The notes beneath the pieces were generated by a model, which saw only the letters and a program-made list of their open reading frames with translations, was not told the DNA's origin and did no database searches. 64,000 nucleotides of DNA from positions 1 to 64,000 of the forward strand of contig CBDCEW010000084.1 of assembly GCA_965215885.1 (NCBI GenBank), read 5' to 3'. Shown piece after piece: positions 1 through 10,900 of this stretch. The translations under genes and the position numbers were made by a program. Each line of letters begins with the position of its first letter. Position 1 is the first letter of the stretch. The DNA comes from Candidatus Moanibacter sp. Its GTDB lineage: Bacteria > Verrucomicrobiota > Verrucomicrobiia > Opitutales > UBA2987.

Positions 1-490
1 AGGTCATGAGTCCCCGGTTGCTGTGCGCGTTCGGGACCGATCGTTCGCACTTCGAAACGGCCCAGAACATGACCCAGTGGAATGGATCCGCTCCGGTCAC
101 GATCAACAGCGGGCAGGACAAAAGAACCGGACAACCGAAACGAATGGTCAACTGGCGGTGGGCGGCTCCTACCTTCGTGCGGCAAAGTTTCGTTGAATTT
201 GCCGAACATTCGATCCGAAACTGTGCCTGGGCAAAGGCCTTTTACCAGATCAAAAAAGAACAGGGCAAACCCCGCCAAACCATTCTTCGTGCCCTCGCTC
301 TCAAGTGGACCCGCATTCTGTTTCGCTGTTGGCAAAATAGCGAACGCTACGATGAGCAAAAGTATCTCCAATCGCTCCAACGCACCGGTTCACCGGTGTG
401 GAAAAGACTTCAGCAAGCAAATGCCAACGCCTTGTAAACACAACATGAGAAAAAACTCAAAAAATCCCTTGACGGACTACATCAGTTTTC
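1..490 (+). mobile_element. IS110-family element, 3' part and right end (duplicate of 54653..55142)
   Basis: ORF 6..437 is identical to the C-terminus of the 436-aa IS110 recombinase at 54706..56016. The right end carries TTGACG at 469..474. Confidence 0.92.
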
Positions 491-2258
491 TTATGGGGAG
501 CTGAACACTTGGTCTCTCTCTACCTTCAGTCTCAACATCGCAATTTTTCTCTGCCTCTTCTGCTTCATTGTCAGTGTTTTTATATTTGCTGGAACTCCTG
601 TTGGGTATCTCTTTGGTAGAATTCCCGCTCTTCGTGCCTACTCGGCAGATCTGCTCGGCTCGCTCCTGGGCATAATCGCATTCACGATCGCAACCTCGTT
701 CTCCGCGAACCCTCCAATCTGGTTCATGATTGGGGGATTACCGCTCTGCTGGCTGTCGCGAAAGTGGTACAGCATTGCAGCCTTTCTCGGCATTCTAATT
801 CTGAGCGCTTTTTCCATTCAGGGGACAATATACTCACCTTACAATCGCATCGATGTTAAGCATGACAATCCTGTCGCAATCACGATCAGGGTAAACCGGG
901 ATTTCCATCAATACATGCATGATTTCTCCGAGCTCCCGTTATCCAGGGAGGAGCTCTCTCAAAGCAAAGACCTCTTGGCATTCGGATTAAGACGCGTCTA
1001 CGACTTACCCTTTTTTATAAATGATGCGCGCAGAAGGGCATTAATTGTGGGAGCCGGCATCGGAAACGATGTTCAGGCGGCAATTCGAAACGATTACGCC
1101 ATGATCTATTCTGTAGATATCGACGGAGAGATCATTGCATTGGGACAATCGCTACACCCTGAACAACCTTACCAAAATTCGGAGGTAATTCCGGTGGTTA
1201 ACGATGCCAGACCTTTCTTTGAACAATACCAGGGTGAACCCTTTGACGTCGTCAGTTTCGGTTTCCTCGACTCGCATGCCATGTTTTCATCCATGTCCTC
1301 GTTGCGACTTGACAATTACGTCTACACCGAGGACAGCATTCGATCCGCCTGGGAGCTGGTTTCTGATAGGGGGCATCTCAGCATTACTATAAGCGTTTAT
1401 GCCGGTGAGTGGTTTTTCTTGCGGCTTTATACGACAATCGCGAAGGCGACCGGCATACGGCCACTACCACTTTTTCACGAGAGAGAACATTTCAGTGTAA
1501 CCTTCATCGTCCCTAAAGAGAGTGCCAAGCTCAATTACGCCCGACTGAACACCTTTCAGACGATAGAGGCGGGGAGCGAGATACCCCAGGTTCGAACCAC
1601 GAGTGATGATTGGCCCTTTCTTTACATACGTCCCGGAGTCTTCCCTTGGGGCTACCTCCTGGTACTGCTCTTCATCCTGCTCCTGGGAACGGGATTGGTC
1701 GTATTCGCGTTTGGGAAGAAAAACGTAGTCCGGGAATTTGACTCTACCCTCTTTCTTATGGGCACTTCATTTCTCCTTTTGGAGACGCGTGGCATCACCA
1801 GCTTATCCCTTCTTTTCGGATCCACATGGATTGTAAACTCCGCCGTATTTGCTGCCATCCTGACGATGGTTCTGCTGGCCAATCTGGTTGTCATGCATTT
1901 CAGTCTGAGAGATCCCACATACTGGTTCTTAGGCCTCTTCTTCGCCGTTGTTCTGGTATGCTATTTCCCGGTCAGCGAACTCAATCATTTTGAGATGCTC
2001 CCTCGAAGCATTCTCGGTGGACTTCTCATCGCTATTCCCATTTTCTTTGCCGGTATTATCGTCCCGCTCCTCCTTTCCCGTTCGGCTAACCCCACCTCAG
2101 CACTCGGATCAAACCTTCTGGGGTCCGTTTTGGGCGGCTGCCTCGAGTATCTATCGATGCTCTTCGGGCTTCAGTTCCTGGCACAACTCGCTCTGCTGAT
2201 TTACATTATCGCATTCCTGTTTTACCGGTTGAAATATCAAAGCAAAATTGATGTTTGA
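491..2258 (+). pseudogene. 3' part of an IS110-interrupted spermidine-synthase-like membrane SAM methyltransferase (open part 726..2258)
   Basis: TM segments with AYSADLLGSLLG, YSPYNRI, LIVGAG(I/T)GND, VDID, DDWPFLY and GxNLLGSVLGG motifs. The N-terminus lies on the other side of the IS110 (seen at 56355..56681 in the right copy). Confidence 0.8.
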
Positions 2259-3114
2259 GCAGATCACTATCATCGCACCGGGCCTTCTAGGCGCCTCTCT
2301 GGCACAGGCTGTTAAAGCACGCCAAATTTCTCAGCGTACCATTCTATGGGCGCGCCGCCCCGAAACACGCCTCAAATGCGCATCACAACCCTGGTGCGAT
2401 TCTGTAACCGAGACCCTTGAAGAGGCAGTTCGAGGATCCGATATCGTTGTTGTATGCACACCGGTTGAAGCCGTTCAAGGGATAGTGGCCCGCATCGCCG
2501 GTTGTGTCAAACCGGGGGCAATCGTGACCGATGTCGGTAGCACTAAGAGCCTGATTACACGCCATTGCCATGTTCTGATTCCAGGCAATGCGGCATTCGT
2601 CGGGTCGCATCCCATGGCCGGCTCCGAGAAGAGCGGTATGCAGTATGCGGATGCTGAGCTCTATCGTAAGAAGGCCTGTTTCGTAACACCTCTAGTTGAC
2701 ACCGATGAAAAGGCGGTTGAATCGCTACTGCTGTTCTGGAAAGCGCTCGATATGGAAGTCGTAACGGTGACGCCGGAGCAGCACGACGAAATCGTAGCCA
2801 ATATCAGCCATCTACCCCATGTTTTGGCCAGCGTTCTCTGTACCTACCTTGGCTCCAAAGACTCCAACTGGCGCAATTTTGCGGGAGACGGACTGCGCGA
2901 CTCGACGCGTGTTGCGGCCGCAAGCCCCAGTCTCTGGAAATGCATAATCGAACAGAATCGCGAAGAAATCGTCCGTGCCATCGGTGGGTTTGAGGATGAA
3001 CTCCAAGCCATGAAGACCGCCATCACAAATGGTCAGGTCTTTGAGATTCTCAATGTCCTCGAACACGGCAAAGCTTTCCGCGACCGCCTTCGGCTAAAAT
3101 TGGAGGGCAGCTAG
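2248..3114 (+). CDS. tyrA: Prephenate/arogenate dehydrogenase
   Basis: PGLLGASLA Rossmann motif, TDVGSTK, HPMAGSE, SHLPH, RDSTRVA. Confidence 0.93.
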   Translation: MMFEQITIIAPGLLGASLAQAVKARQISQRTILWARRPETRLKCASQPWCDSVTETLEEAVRGSDIVVVCTPVEAVQGIVARIAGCVKPGAIVTDVGSTKSLITRHCHVLIPGNAAFVGSHPMAGSEKSGMQYADAELYRKKACFVTPLVDTDEKAVESLLLFWKALDMEVVTVTPEQHDEIVANISHLPHVLASVLCTYLGSKDSNWRNFAGDGLRDSTRVAAASPSLWKCIIEQNREEIVRAIGGFEDELQAMKTAITNGQVFEILNVLEHGKAFRDRLRLKLEGS

Positions 3115-3210
3115 GAATCTGTCGGTCTCATCTGCGTCGGAATGTCGATCTGTCACCATGAATTCGTCGATATGGGGGTGTTAAGAATTCTAGGTCCGAC
3201 AGATTCCTAG
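3111..3210. repeat. ~100-bp MITE-like element with terminal inverted repeats CTAGGAATCTGTCGG...CCGACAGATTCCTAG
   Basis: Perfect 15-bp TIR overlapping the tyrA TAG stop; related copies at 51933..52032, 62343..62440 and 38419..38453. Confidence 0.85.
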
Positions 3211-3216
3211 CTTGGC

Positions 3217-4575
3217 ATGAAAGACCCTCTTCCCATACTTCCCTTCACTCGACCCGTTGCGGGAAGGGTAGGATTACCCGGTTCGAAGAGTATCACAAAT
3301 CGGGCGCTTATAATGGCGGCACTCTGCGATCATGAAGTTACCCTGCGCAACGCCCTCTTTAGCGAAGATACTGAGATTATGGTGCGGGCTCTCATCGCAT
3401 TGGGCTATGAAGTCATAGCCCAACACACCGAAAACTCAGTGCGGATTAGAGGTCAAGGTGGTAAAATTCCGAACCCCGACGCGCGTATCTTTATCGGAAA
3501 CGCGGGTACTGCTGCGAGGTTTCTGACCGCCTTTCTCTGCCTCCGGGAAGGTGGCTCTTACTTTCTCGATGGCGAAAACATTATGCGAAATCGTCCCATG
3601 AAAGGGCTCCTCGACGCCCTCATAGCTCTCGGCGCAAAGATCCAATACGAAGGCCAAACAGGGCACTTTCCGTTCACCCTCCACACTCACGGTCTCTCCG
3701 GGGGTAAGATTGAAGTGAACGCAAGTGCCAGCAGTCAGTTTCTCTCCGCTTTGCTGATGGCGGCGCCCCACGCAAAAGACCTCTTACAGATTTCACTTCG
3801 AGGCGAAACGGTATCAAAGCCCTTTGTTGAAATGACTCATCGGATGATGGAGCAATTCGGACTCCAGAGATATGTAACCGGGGAAAATGGCGGTTTTGAG
3901 ATTGAGGCCCCCTGCAATTACAATTTGGAGGGCGCAGTATATGAAATTGAGCCGGATGCGACAGCCGCCAGCTACTTTGCCATTCTTCCCCTCGTGGCGG
4001 GGGGGACCATCAGCATACGCGCCTTAAGTGAAGTTCCTCTCCAGGGAGATTCTCAATTTCTGAGTTTGCTTCGGGAAAACACAAGACTTTGCGTGGAGAG
4101 CGATTCTTCCGAGATTTCTTTTCGATTTGAAGGGGGCAGGAGATTGCCCTCAGGTCGAGACCTGCTCGATTTGGACTTCAATCCCATCTCTGACACTTTC
4201 CTTACCCTGGCAGCAGTTGCCCCGCTATTCGAAAGCAGGGTCCATATTCGAGGAATTGGCCACACGCGTAAGCAAGAGTCTGATCGCCTCGCATCGGTCG
4301 CTCACGAATTACGGCGGCTCGGACAGGGAATCGAAGAGGGAGTGGAGGATCTTCTGATCACTCCCGACCTTTCCGCTCTTCGGGAGAGAGCAGCCCGGGG
4401 AGTCACTATCGAGACATACAACGATCATCGGATAGCCATGAGTTTCGCAATCCTCGGCTGTGCCAATATCCTCGACCAGGATAATCCTTGGCTATCCATT
4501 AAGAACCCGGACTGCGTAGCAAAGACTTTCCCACGATTCTTTGACATCCTGGGCTCACTACACACCGAATCGTGA
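3217..4575 (+). CDS. aroA: 3-phosphoshikimate 1-carboxyvinyltransferase (EPSP synthase)
   Basis: LPGSKSITNRAL, GNAGTAARFL, SSQFLSALL, RKQESDR, DHRIAMSF, CVAKTFP. Confidence 0.97.
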   Translation: MKDPLPILPFTRPVAGRVGLPGSKSITNRALIMAALCDHEVTLRNALFSEDTEIMVRALIALGYEVIAQHTENSVRIRGQGGKIPNPDARIFIGNAGTAARFLTAFLCLREGGSYFLDGENIMRNRPMKGLLDALIALGAKIQYEGQTGHFPFTLHTHGLSGGKIEVNASASSQFLSALLMAAPHAKDLLQISLRGETVSKPFVEMTHRMMEQFGLQRYVTGENGGFEIEAPCNYNLEGAVYEIEPDATAASYFAILPLVAGGTISIRALSEVPLQGDSQFLSLLRENTRLCVESDSSEISFRFEGGRRLPSGRDLLDLDFNPISDTFLTLAAVAPLFESRVHIRGIGHTRKQESDRLASVAHELRRLGQGIEEGVEDLLITPDLSALRERAARGVTIETYNDHRIAMSFAILGCANILDQDNPWLSIKNPDCVAKTFPRFFDILGSLHTES

Positions 4576-4578
4576 ACA

Positions 4579-5268
4579 ATGCCGGAAGAATTCAAAATCA
4601 TCGCTATTGATGGAGGGGCCGCATCCGGTAAGTCTTCCACTGCGCGTCTCATCGCCGAACGCTTCAAATTGCTCTACGTCGATACCGGTTCCCACTATCG
4701 AGCCGTCACCTACTTCTGCCTTAATAGAGGTCTGAGTTCTGAAAACTCTGGTAAGTTGGGATCAGATTTAAACAAAATACAGATCGATACTGTCGTCCGG
4801 AGTCGAAGCGCTCGTATTCGCTTATCCGGATTTTCGCCCACCTCGCAAGAGTTGAGGAGCCCCCAGGTAAACCGGGAGGTTTCTCAATTCTCGGCCGTTC
4901 CCCAGGTAAGGCAGTTCTTGCTTGATTATCAGCGCAGCCTCGCCTCATTCGCCCGGAATCACGAATTCCACGGCATTGTTATGGAAGGCCGGGACATCGG
5001 ATCGGTCGTCTTTCCCGATGCGGACTTCAAATTCTACCTGGAAGCCGATCAAGAGACCAGAGCCCGCCGTCGTTCAAAAGAAGGCCTTCGGGATCCCATC
5101 GAAGAGCGCGACAAAACCGACTCCACGCGAAATCTGGCTCCTCTCCACTGCCCCCAGGGAGCAATACGAATCAACAATTCGAAAATACCCCTTGTAGAGG
5201 TCGTGGAGCAAATTTCTCAAATCATCGAAGGCAACCTCCACCTTCAGCCTGATTTTCTCCACCGGTGA
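4579..5268 (+). CDS. cmk: Cytidylate kinase (C-terminus altered by a 13-bp indel relative to the other copy)
   Basis: IAIDGGAASGKS P-loop, DTGSHYR, VMEGRDIGSVVFPDA. Confidence 0.95.
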   Translation: MPEEFKIIAIDGGAASGKSSTARLIAERFKLLYVDTGSHYRAVTYFCLNRGLSSENSGKLGSDLNKIQIDTVVRSRSARIRLSGFSPTSQELRSPQVNREVSQFSAVPQVRQFLLDYQRSLASFARNHEFHGIVMEGRDIGSVVFPDADFKFYLEADQETRARRRSKEGLRDPIEERDKTDSTRNLAPLHCPQGAIRINNSKIPLVEVVEQISQIIEGNLHLQPDFLHR

Positions 5269-5860
5269 AGACGTGGCTGTGAATTGCATTGTTTAGGAAC
5301 ATAACGCCAATTCATTCGATGCCATAAATCGAGCTGACGCCTCTCATATATTTTGAGTTCCTGACAATTCGAAACGGCATCTTAGAAACTACTCGATGCA
5401 CGTCGTCACTGAATTCCGGATCATATTTAAGCTCAACAATAACGGTGGATTCTTTTCTACCTCTTCGAAAACCGCACCCACCTGCTTGAACTCCGTAATA
5501 TTCGAGCCCCCAGTCGATCGTTACTCGATATCTTCCATCACGCGATACAAAATACTTTCGCCGGTAGCGAGTAACAATGGTTAAGATCTTCTTAAGGCAA
5601 ACTTCCAAAATACGAGGATCAACCTCCCCTTCCCTAAGTTTCGAGTGGAGGATAGAAGAAGATATACGCCCATCAAAGTTAAACTCCGGCAATCGGTACC
5701 TTCTCTTCGCTCCTAAAATGCTGAAGCGCATTTTTTCCTCAAGAACCGGACTCGTGATTTTTCCTCGAAGACTACCGTACCACCGAACTCGATGTTTGGC
5801 TCGATCGCAGACTCCTGCAAGGTGTTCGGTATGATTCAGAAAATCATAAGTATCTAGGTA

Positions 5861-7778
5861 GACCCCATTCGAAAAGCCTTTCGAGCGGGCGGTTTAAGGT
5901 TCTCCGCCACGGGCGGACCAGCCTATGGCTGGCAGGTTTCGGGTTTTAGGCTGCCGGCGCTGCCGATGAGCAGGTATTGAGCGGCCATCGGCGTGGCTTG
6001 CTGCACAATACGTATATTTGCCGCTGTCTGGAGGCATACTCATCCCGTGGTGCTTTTTTCTCTGAGCTTCAAAGCGGTCAGATTCAGGCTGCCTGTTCCA
6101 GTTCCTCCCCTCGGCGTTTCTTCATCAGTATGATGCGGCAGAAGTTGTAGGCCAGAACCTTCTCGGGCAGTTCATCGCCTACCGCATCGATGCCGCGGCG
6201 GCCGAGTTCGCCAAAGGCAAATCCATCTTTAATCGTGAACATCAGCGACTCCACTGCGGAGCGATCGCGGCGTGCCTCGCGATACGCCTCGCTCTCCCAG
6301 TCCTCGGGGGTGGTCAACTTCTTGCCCTTCGCCCCACTGATACTGATCTGCTTTACCCCCATGCTCAGCACCTCCTTGCGTCCCTTCGCCGAAGCATATC
6401 CGTCATCGGTGCTGACCAGTTCAGCAATGACACCGGTGCGCTTGATCGAATCGCCGATGGCCGGCGCCAGCTCAATGGAGTCTGCCGCGTTGCCTTGCGG
6501 TACGATCAGGCTGGTGACAAAACCGTTTTCGCTGCGAACCAGTTGTGGCTTGTACCCGATCACTGGATTGCGGCTGCCCTTCTTGATGTAGGCCGCCGAT
6601 CCGTCCGAGAGGCTCAGGACCTTCTGTGTGGACGGTAGCTTCTTTTCGTGAAACACCCGATCATGAGCATACTCAACAACCCGCTTGGCGTCGGCAATAT
6701 CGCCCCTGATCTGGCTCAATGCCCGCTCCAGAAGCTCCCGGCGAGTGGGAGGCAGTGAATCCATCGACAGGCCCTCTTCAAGATGGCTCAGTTCCCCCGT
6801 TAGTGAGTCGGCCGCCTTGCGGCCCCGCTTGAGCAACCGCCGGTAGTGTTTCTTCAGCTTGCCCTTCGACTTCGGTTTGCCCGCGGCCAGACAAATCTGA
6901 AACTCCAGCTTGTCCATTTCCTCCAGCCAACGCCCAACCCATCCCTTGCGAAAATCCTCCAGCCCGAAGACATGCAACTTCTGACCCAAACGATTGGCCC
7001 GCATCAAAAGACCGCTCAGAATCTTCCCATCGGTGGGCCAGCAGCTGTTTGCTTTCACCGAGGTGCTGTCGATCGTCAGCTTCCCGAAATCGTCCCATTG
7101 CTCCTGGAGGATAAACCCAATCTGTTTATCAAAGATCAACTCGCGGGTCGTATGGCTGACCAGGTTCACGTTCTCCAGAATCGTCGTCACCGCCGGCATT
7201 CTCAGTCCCCCGCTCTGCAAAAATCCGTACAAGCTCATCGACTCGCGCACAAACCGCCGTGCCGGTTTCGTGGTCAACGAACCCAGAAACCCTCGAAGCA
7301 TCACGAACACGTATACCGCATAAGCCGGCATCCGCGGCCGGCCTGCCCCAAGATTCAATTCAGCAGCCAGAATATTCTCCTCCTCGATGTCCAGCTCCGG
7401 CAGCTCCGCTGTGCGCCCTTCAAAGAACCTTCGATCTTCCAATCGAAGTTTCTTCTTCTCACGCGCATGGGCGTCCAGATCCTTCTCGATCGCCTCGATG
7501 ATTTGCGCCGCGAACCCGGCCAATTCTTGAACTTCATCCAGAAAATCACGGAAATCCGTGTCTGGAACCGGCAGAATGAGGTTGCTAAGGGGCGTCTTAT
7601 CGCTTTTGTTCTCCTCTGTCGCACATGTTGGCATGTTTAACTCATTTCTTAATCTTAAGTTGTTAAACACTAGCATGTTGCGACACTTTTTATCAAGCCG
7701 AAAAAATGATTTTTCTCAAGTTTTTCTTGCGCCTTTTGCGCCTCTTTGCGGCCAATCAGTAGCTTTTCGGATAAGGTC
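5861..7778 (-). mobile_element. ISNCY/IS5-like DDE insertion sequence, copy 1 (1918 bp)
   Basis: Ends GACCCCATTCGAAAAGC / GCTTTTCGGATAAGGTC (14/17 IR). TSD TAGGTA at 5855..5860 and 7779..7784. The empty site is visible in the duplicate at ~49270. Confidence 0.95.
6084..7634 (-). CDS. DDE transposase (ISNCY/IS5-like); start at MPTCATEE assumed
   Basis: IDSTSVKANSCWPTD, STDDGY, RSAVES motifs. Confidence 0.9.
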   Translation of the reverse strand: MPTCATEENKSDKTPLSNLILPVPDTDFRDFLDEVQELAGFAAQIIEAIEKDLDAHAREKKKLRLEDRRFFEGRTAELPELDIEEENILAAELNLGAGRPRMPAYAVYVFVMLRGFLGSLTTKPARRFVRESMSLYGFLQSGGLRMPAVTTILENVNLVSHTTRELIFDKQIGFILQEQWDDFGKLTIDSTSVKANSCWPTDGKILSGLLMRANRLGQKLHVFGLEDFRKGWVGRWLEEMDKLEFQICLAAGKPKSKGKLKKHYRRLLKRGRKAADSLTGELSHLEEGLSMDSLPPTRRELLERALSQIRGDIADAKRVVEYAHDRVFHEKKLPSTQKVLSLSDGSAAYIKKGSRNPVIGYKPQLVRSENGFVTSLIVPQGNAADSIELAPAIGDSIKRTGVIAELVSTDDGYASAKGRKEVLSMGVKQISISGAKGKKLTTPEDWESEAYREARRDRSAVESLMFTIKDGFAFGELGRRGIDAVGDELPEKVLAYNFCRIILMKKRRGEELEQAA

Positions 7779-7926
7779 TAGGTAGATGCTATTTACCCAT
7801 CGGGGTGGAAAGTTCTCAGAAAACATCGCGGGCGAGATTCTGATCATACCCTCAATCTCCCGACAGTCGCCACGGGGTATGACAAACTTCCGCTCCTCTC
7901 GAAAGCTCAACCCTTCCTCAGGCGAC

Positions 7927-10900
7927 CTAATCATCGTATTCACATCCCACATTCCACAATCGCTGCGACCCCTTTAACCCATAGTAACTCACCAAATACC
8001 CGTTTCCTTTTCCGAGGCAGGGGGAGTCATCCGACAGACGAAAATCACGCCTGCCGGGATCTAAAAAAAGTGGCGGATCGCTCGAATTATCTGGACCGGC
8101 CACTCGCTGTCCAATGTGACTGTTAGACGCCCAAATGTGAGATCCCTTTTCAATGATGACGTCGGTTCGATTGCCAAAAACGATAGAGTTAATAAGCTCT
8201 CCTTTGCTCGGACCAAATTCAAATTTCTTTCTATAAAGAGCCAAACCCCACTTATTTCGAGTCACCGTATTATTAATCATAACGGGTTCAGAAAGATCTT
8301 TGATGGCAATTCCAATATTACAGTCAAGAATCAAATTGTTGTAGACTTTGGGAAAGGATTTCTCACCGATCGAAATACCTTTATCGCCGCCACCATAGAT
8401 CCGGTTATCTCTTATAATCGCCCAAGATGAGGACAAATCGATGGCATCGTCGCGACTGTCGCGAAAGGTGCAGTTCTTAACAATACCTCCACCAAAATCT
8501 ATGTCGACAGCGTCGAGATTGCGAACGAAGCGGCAATTTGATATCGTCGGTGACGCATACTTCGAGTTGATCGCATCGTCCGCGCGGTTGTCGCGAAAGA
8601 TACACTCCTCAACCGTCCCCTCGGAGAAATAAAGGGAGACAACCCCGGTATAATCTACCCGTCCCAAAGTCGCATTACTCCCGTACTCGAAGATACAATT
8701 TTGAAATACATTCATTCCTTGCCTTTGAGTTGCCACGGCAATAACTCCCCAATATTCACCTGGGTTTTCGGACGTAAACAGGATGGGTTCTTGCGGGGTA
8801 CCTTTCGCTTCGATCAAGCCTTTCACCAATAACGAACGCCCCTCCCTGATCGCGATCACCGCTCCCGCCTCGACGATCAATTTCGTCCCTTTTTCAACCA
8901 CATAATCCTCCTCTAACACTCTTTTACCGCGACTCCACACCACAGTCTTTTGAAACTGCGCAATGCCTGGCTGCAGCTTCCCAATGCCGTCAGGTTTCCG
9001 TTCCGATAAAGTGCCCTCCGGCGTGCGAGGATGTGAAACCAATTCCATCGTTCGAGTCATACCGCTCTCTACTCTCGATCCGGAATGTGCCTGCTCGGGA
9101 GACACTCCTGAGGGCAACGGATCACCGGTGACAGAATTTCTCGCTGCCACTGATAGTACCTCCCATGCAACTGTACTCGGCAGGACCCTTTTCCCTCTGA
9201 GCGCCAATGAGAGAGTATGAATCGTCTTCTGAGGGGTATAAAGCTTCCCAGTTTCCATTGGGTACGGTGACACAAAGATCCCATTCTCAAGCGGCACCTG
9301 GTAGGGGATCCCGGAGACGCGCGATGGGAAGGACCGAGCAATTTTGAACGAAACCAGCATCTCTTCGCCATTCCCATTTGATTCGCTAATGGCCTTAAAT
9401 TGCTGACCACTCTTCGAATCGAGAACTATGAGGTCCTCAATGGATTCTAACTGTAATCCTCTAATTCCGATCCTCAGAGTTTCAACATACGGGGCTATGT
9501 GTTCGCTGCTCGTTAGTTCGATTCTACCTAATAAAGTCAACGCACCCAACAGAGATTCGGCCACGAATTCCCCTGGGCCGGATGGCTTTGCCGATACGGT
9601 TAAATCGCAGCGGTTAAACTCCGACTTCAGATATTGATCTCGCAATACCACCAACTCCTTCAGGCGCGAAATGCTTTCTTCCCACTGCTCATTACTGATA
9701 TACATCTGAACGTATGGACTATAGTGTATACGAGAGTCGGCATAAACATCCTCTTTAACCAGTTCATAAAGTTCATCTATTTTCGCCAGGATTCGGCTTC
9801 GTTCATGGCTGGAGGTTAGGAGTTCCCAGGTCCTCGAATAATACCTCTCGCGGAAATCCTCTAAATGAAACAGGCCATCCATATCATCGTTTATGGCAAG
9901 ACCAAGTGGGTAAACTTTCCAACCCAGCCTCTTTATCAGCCTGAAATCATTGCCACTTCTATACGTGGTCGGCCCCTGGTACCATGGAACGATCTGAAAC
10001 TTCCCTGAAACTGGATCAAAGATCCATCGTATATTATGCCCGGAAGGATTTAGGCGCGCCATAATGGCTGCATGCGCGCAAAACGTGAGATACTGGTCAA
10101 TGTCGAGAATCTCCTCGATCTTCTCCTTATACCCGGGTCTGCCCTTACTGAAGATTGCCCGGTATAATTCCATCAAATTCTCAAATGAGTGCCTATCCTT
10201 CCATGCCGAATACTTCTGCCAACTATCGGGATTTAAGAATCCCTTCTTCGAATCAATCGGTTTCTTCTCTCCGTAAAAGTCTCCCACCGCTCGGTTATGC
10301 TTGATAAAAAAGCGCTCTCCAGGCTGCTCAAGATACGTCTGAATACCCGCAAACCTGCCGTTGATGCGGAGATGCACCATGAACTGCGTTGGCACCAGTA
10401 ACCCGGAATCCCGCAATAATTCACTCCGCAAAACATCAATTACAGCGGTATGGTCCCGCTGATTTATGATATTAATCTCACGGAGACCGTAAAACAGGTT
10501 GTCTTTAGGAAACTTTACTCGCCAGGATTTCTTCTGAACCATAAAGTGATCCATGTTCCATCCACGAAAACGAACTTCCACGTCATAGGTTCTTCTCCCG
10601 TAAGTCAGCGCTGCAGGGACCCAAGGCCACTGTGGGCCGTCAACACCGGCAAACCTGGAAAAGTTTGTGACTTTGTTGATGTTCGGATCGATTTCCGGAA
10701 TGGCCTTGAGCAATGTCTGCATACTCAACTCGGGAATTGTTAGCTCGATCACAGGAAGCTTTGTCTTCTCAAGACTGTCACCTTGCCTATCCGGACTGGG
10801 AACTACGTTGATGGAACGTTCTGCCGGCGTAACGAATTCTTCCGCAAACGGATTGAGTGCAGAAGCCATGGTATGGTAGACCCCGCTCTTCGCCCAATCC

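Larger units (their letters stand above)
5312..7934 (-). pseudogene. VTC (polyphosphate polymerase)-domain gene split by an IS insertion
   Basis: Fragments 7779..7934 and 5312..5860 reassemble into the intact copy at 49120..49818. Confidence 0.92.

Noticed and set aside
7728..7752. GCGCCTTTTGCGCCTCTTTGCG repeat near the ISNCY end
   Set aside because: Internal to both IS copies; not a separate element that can be supported here.
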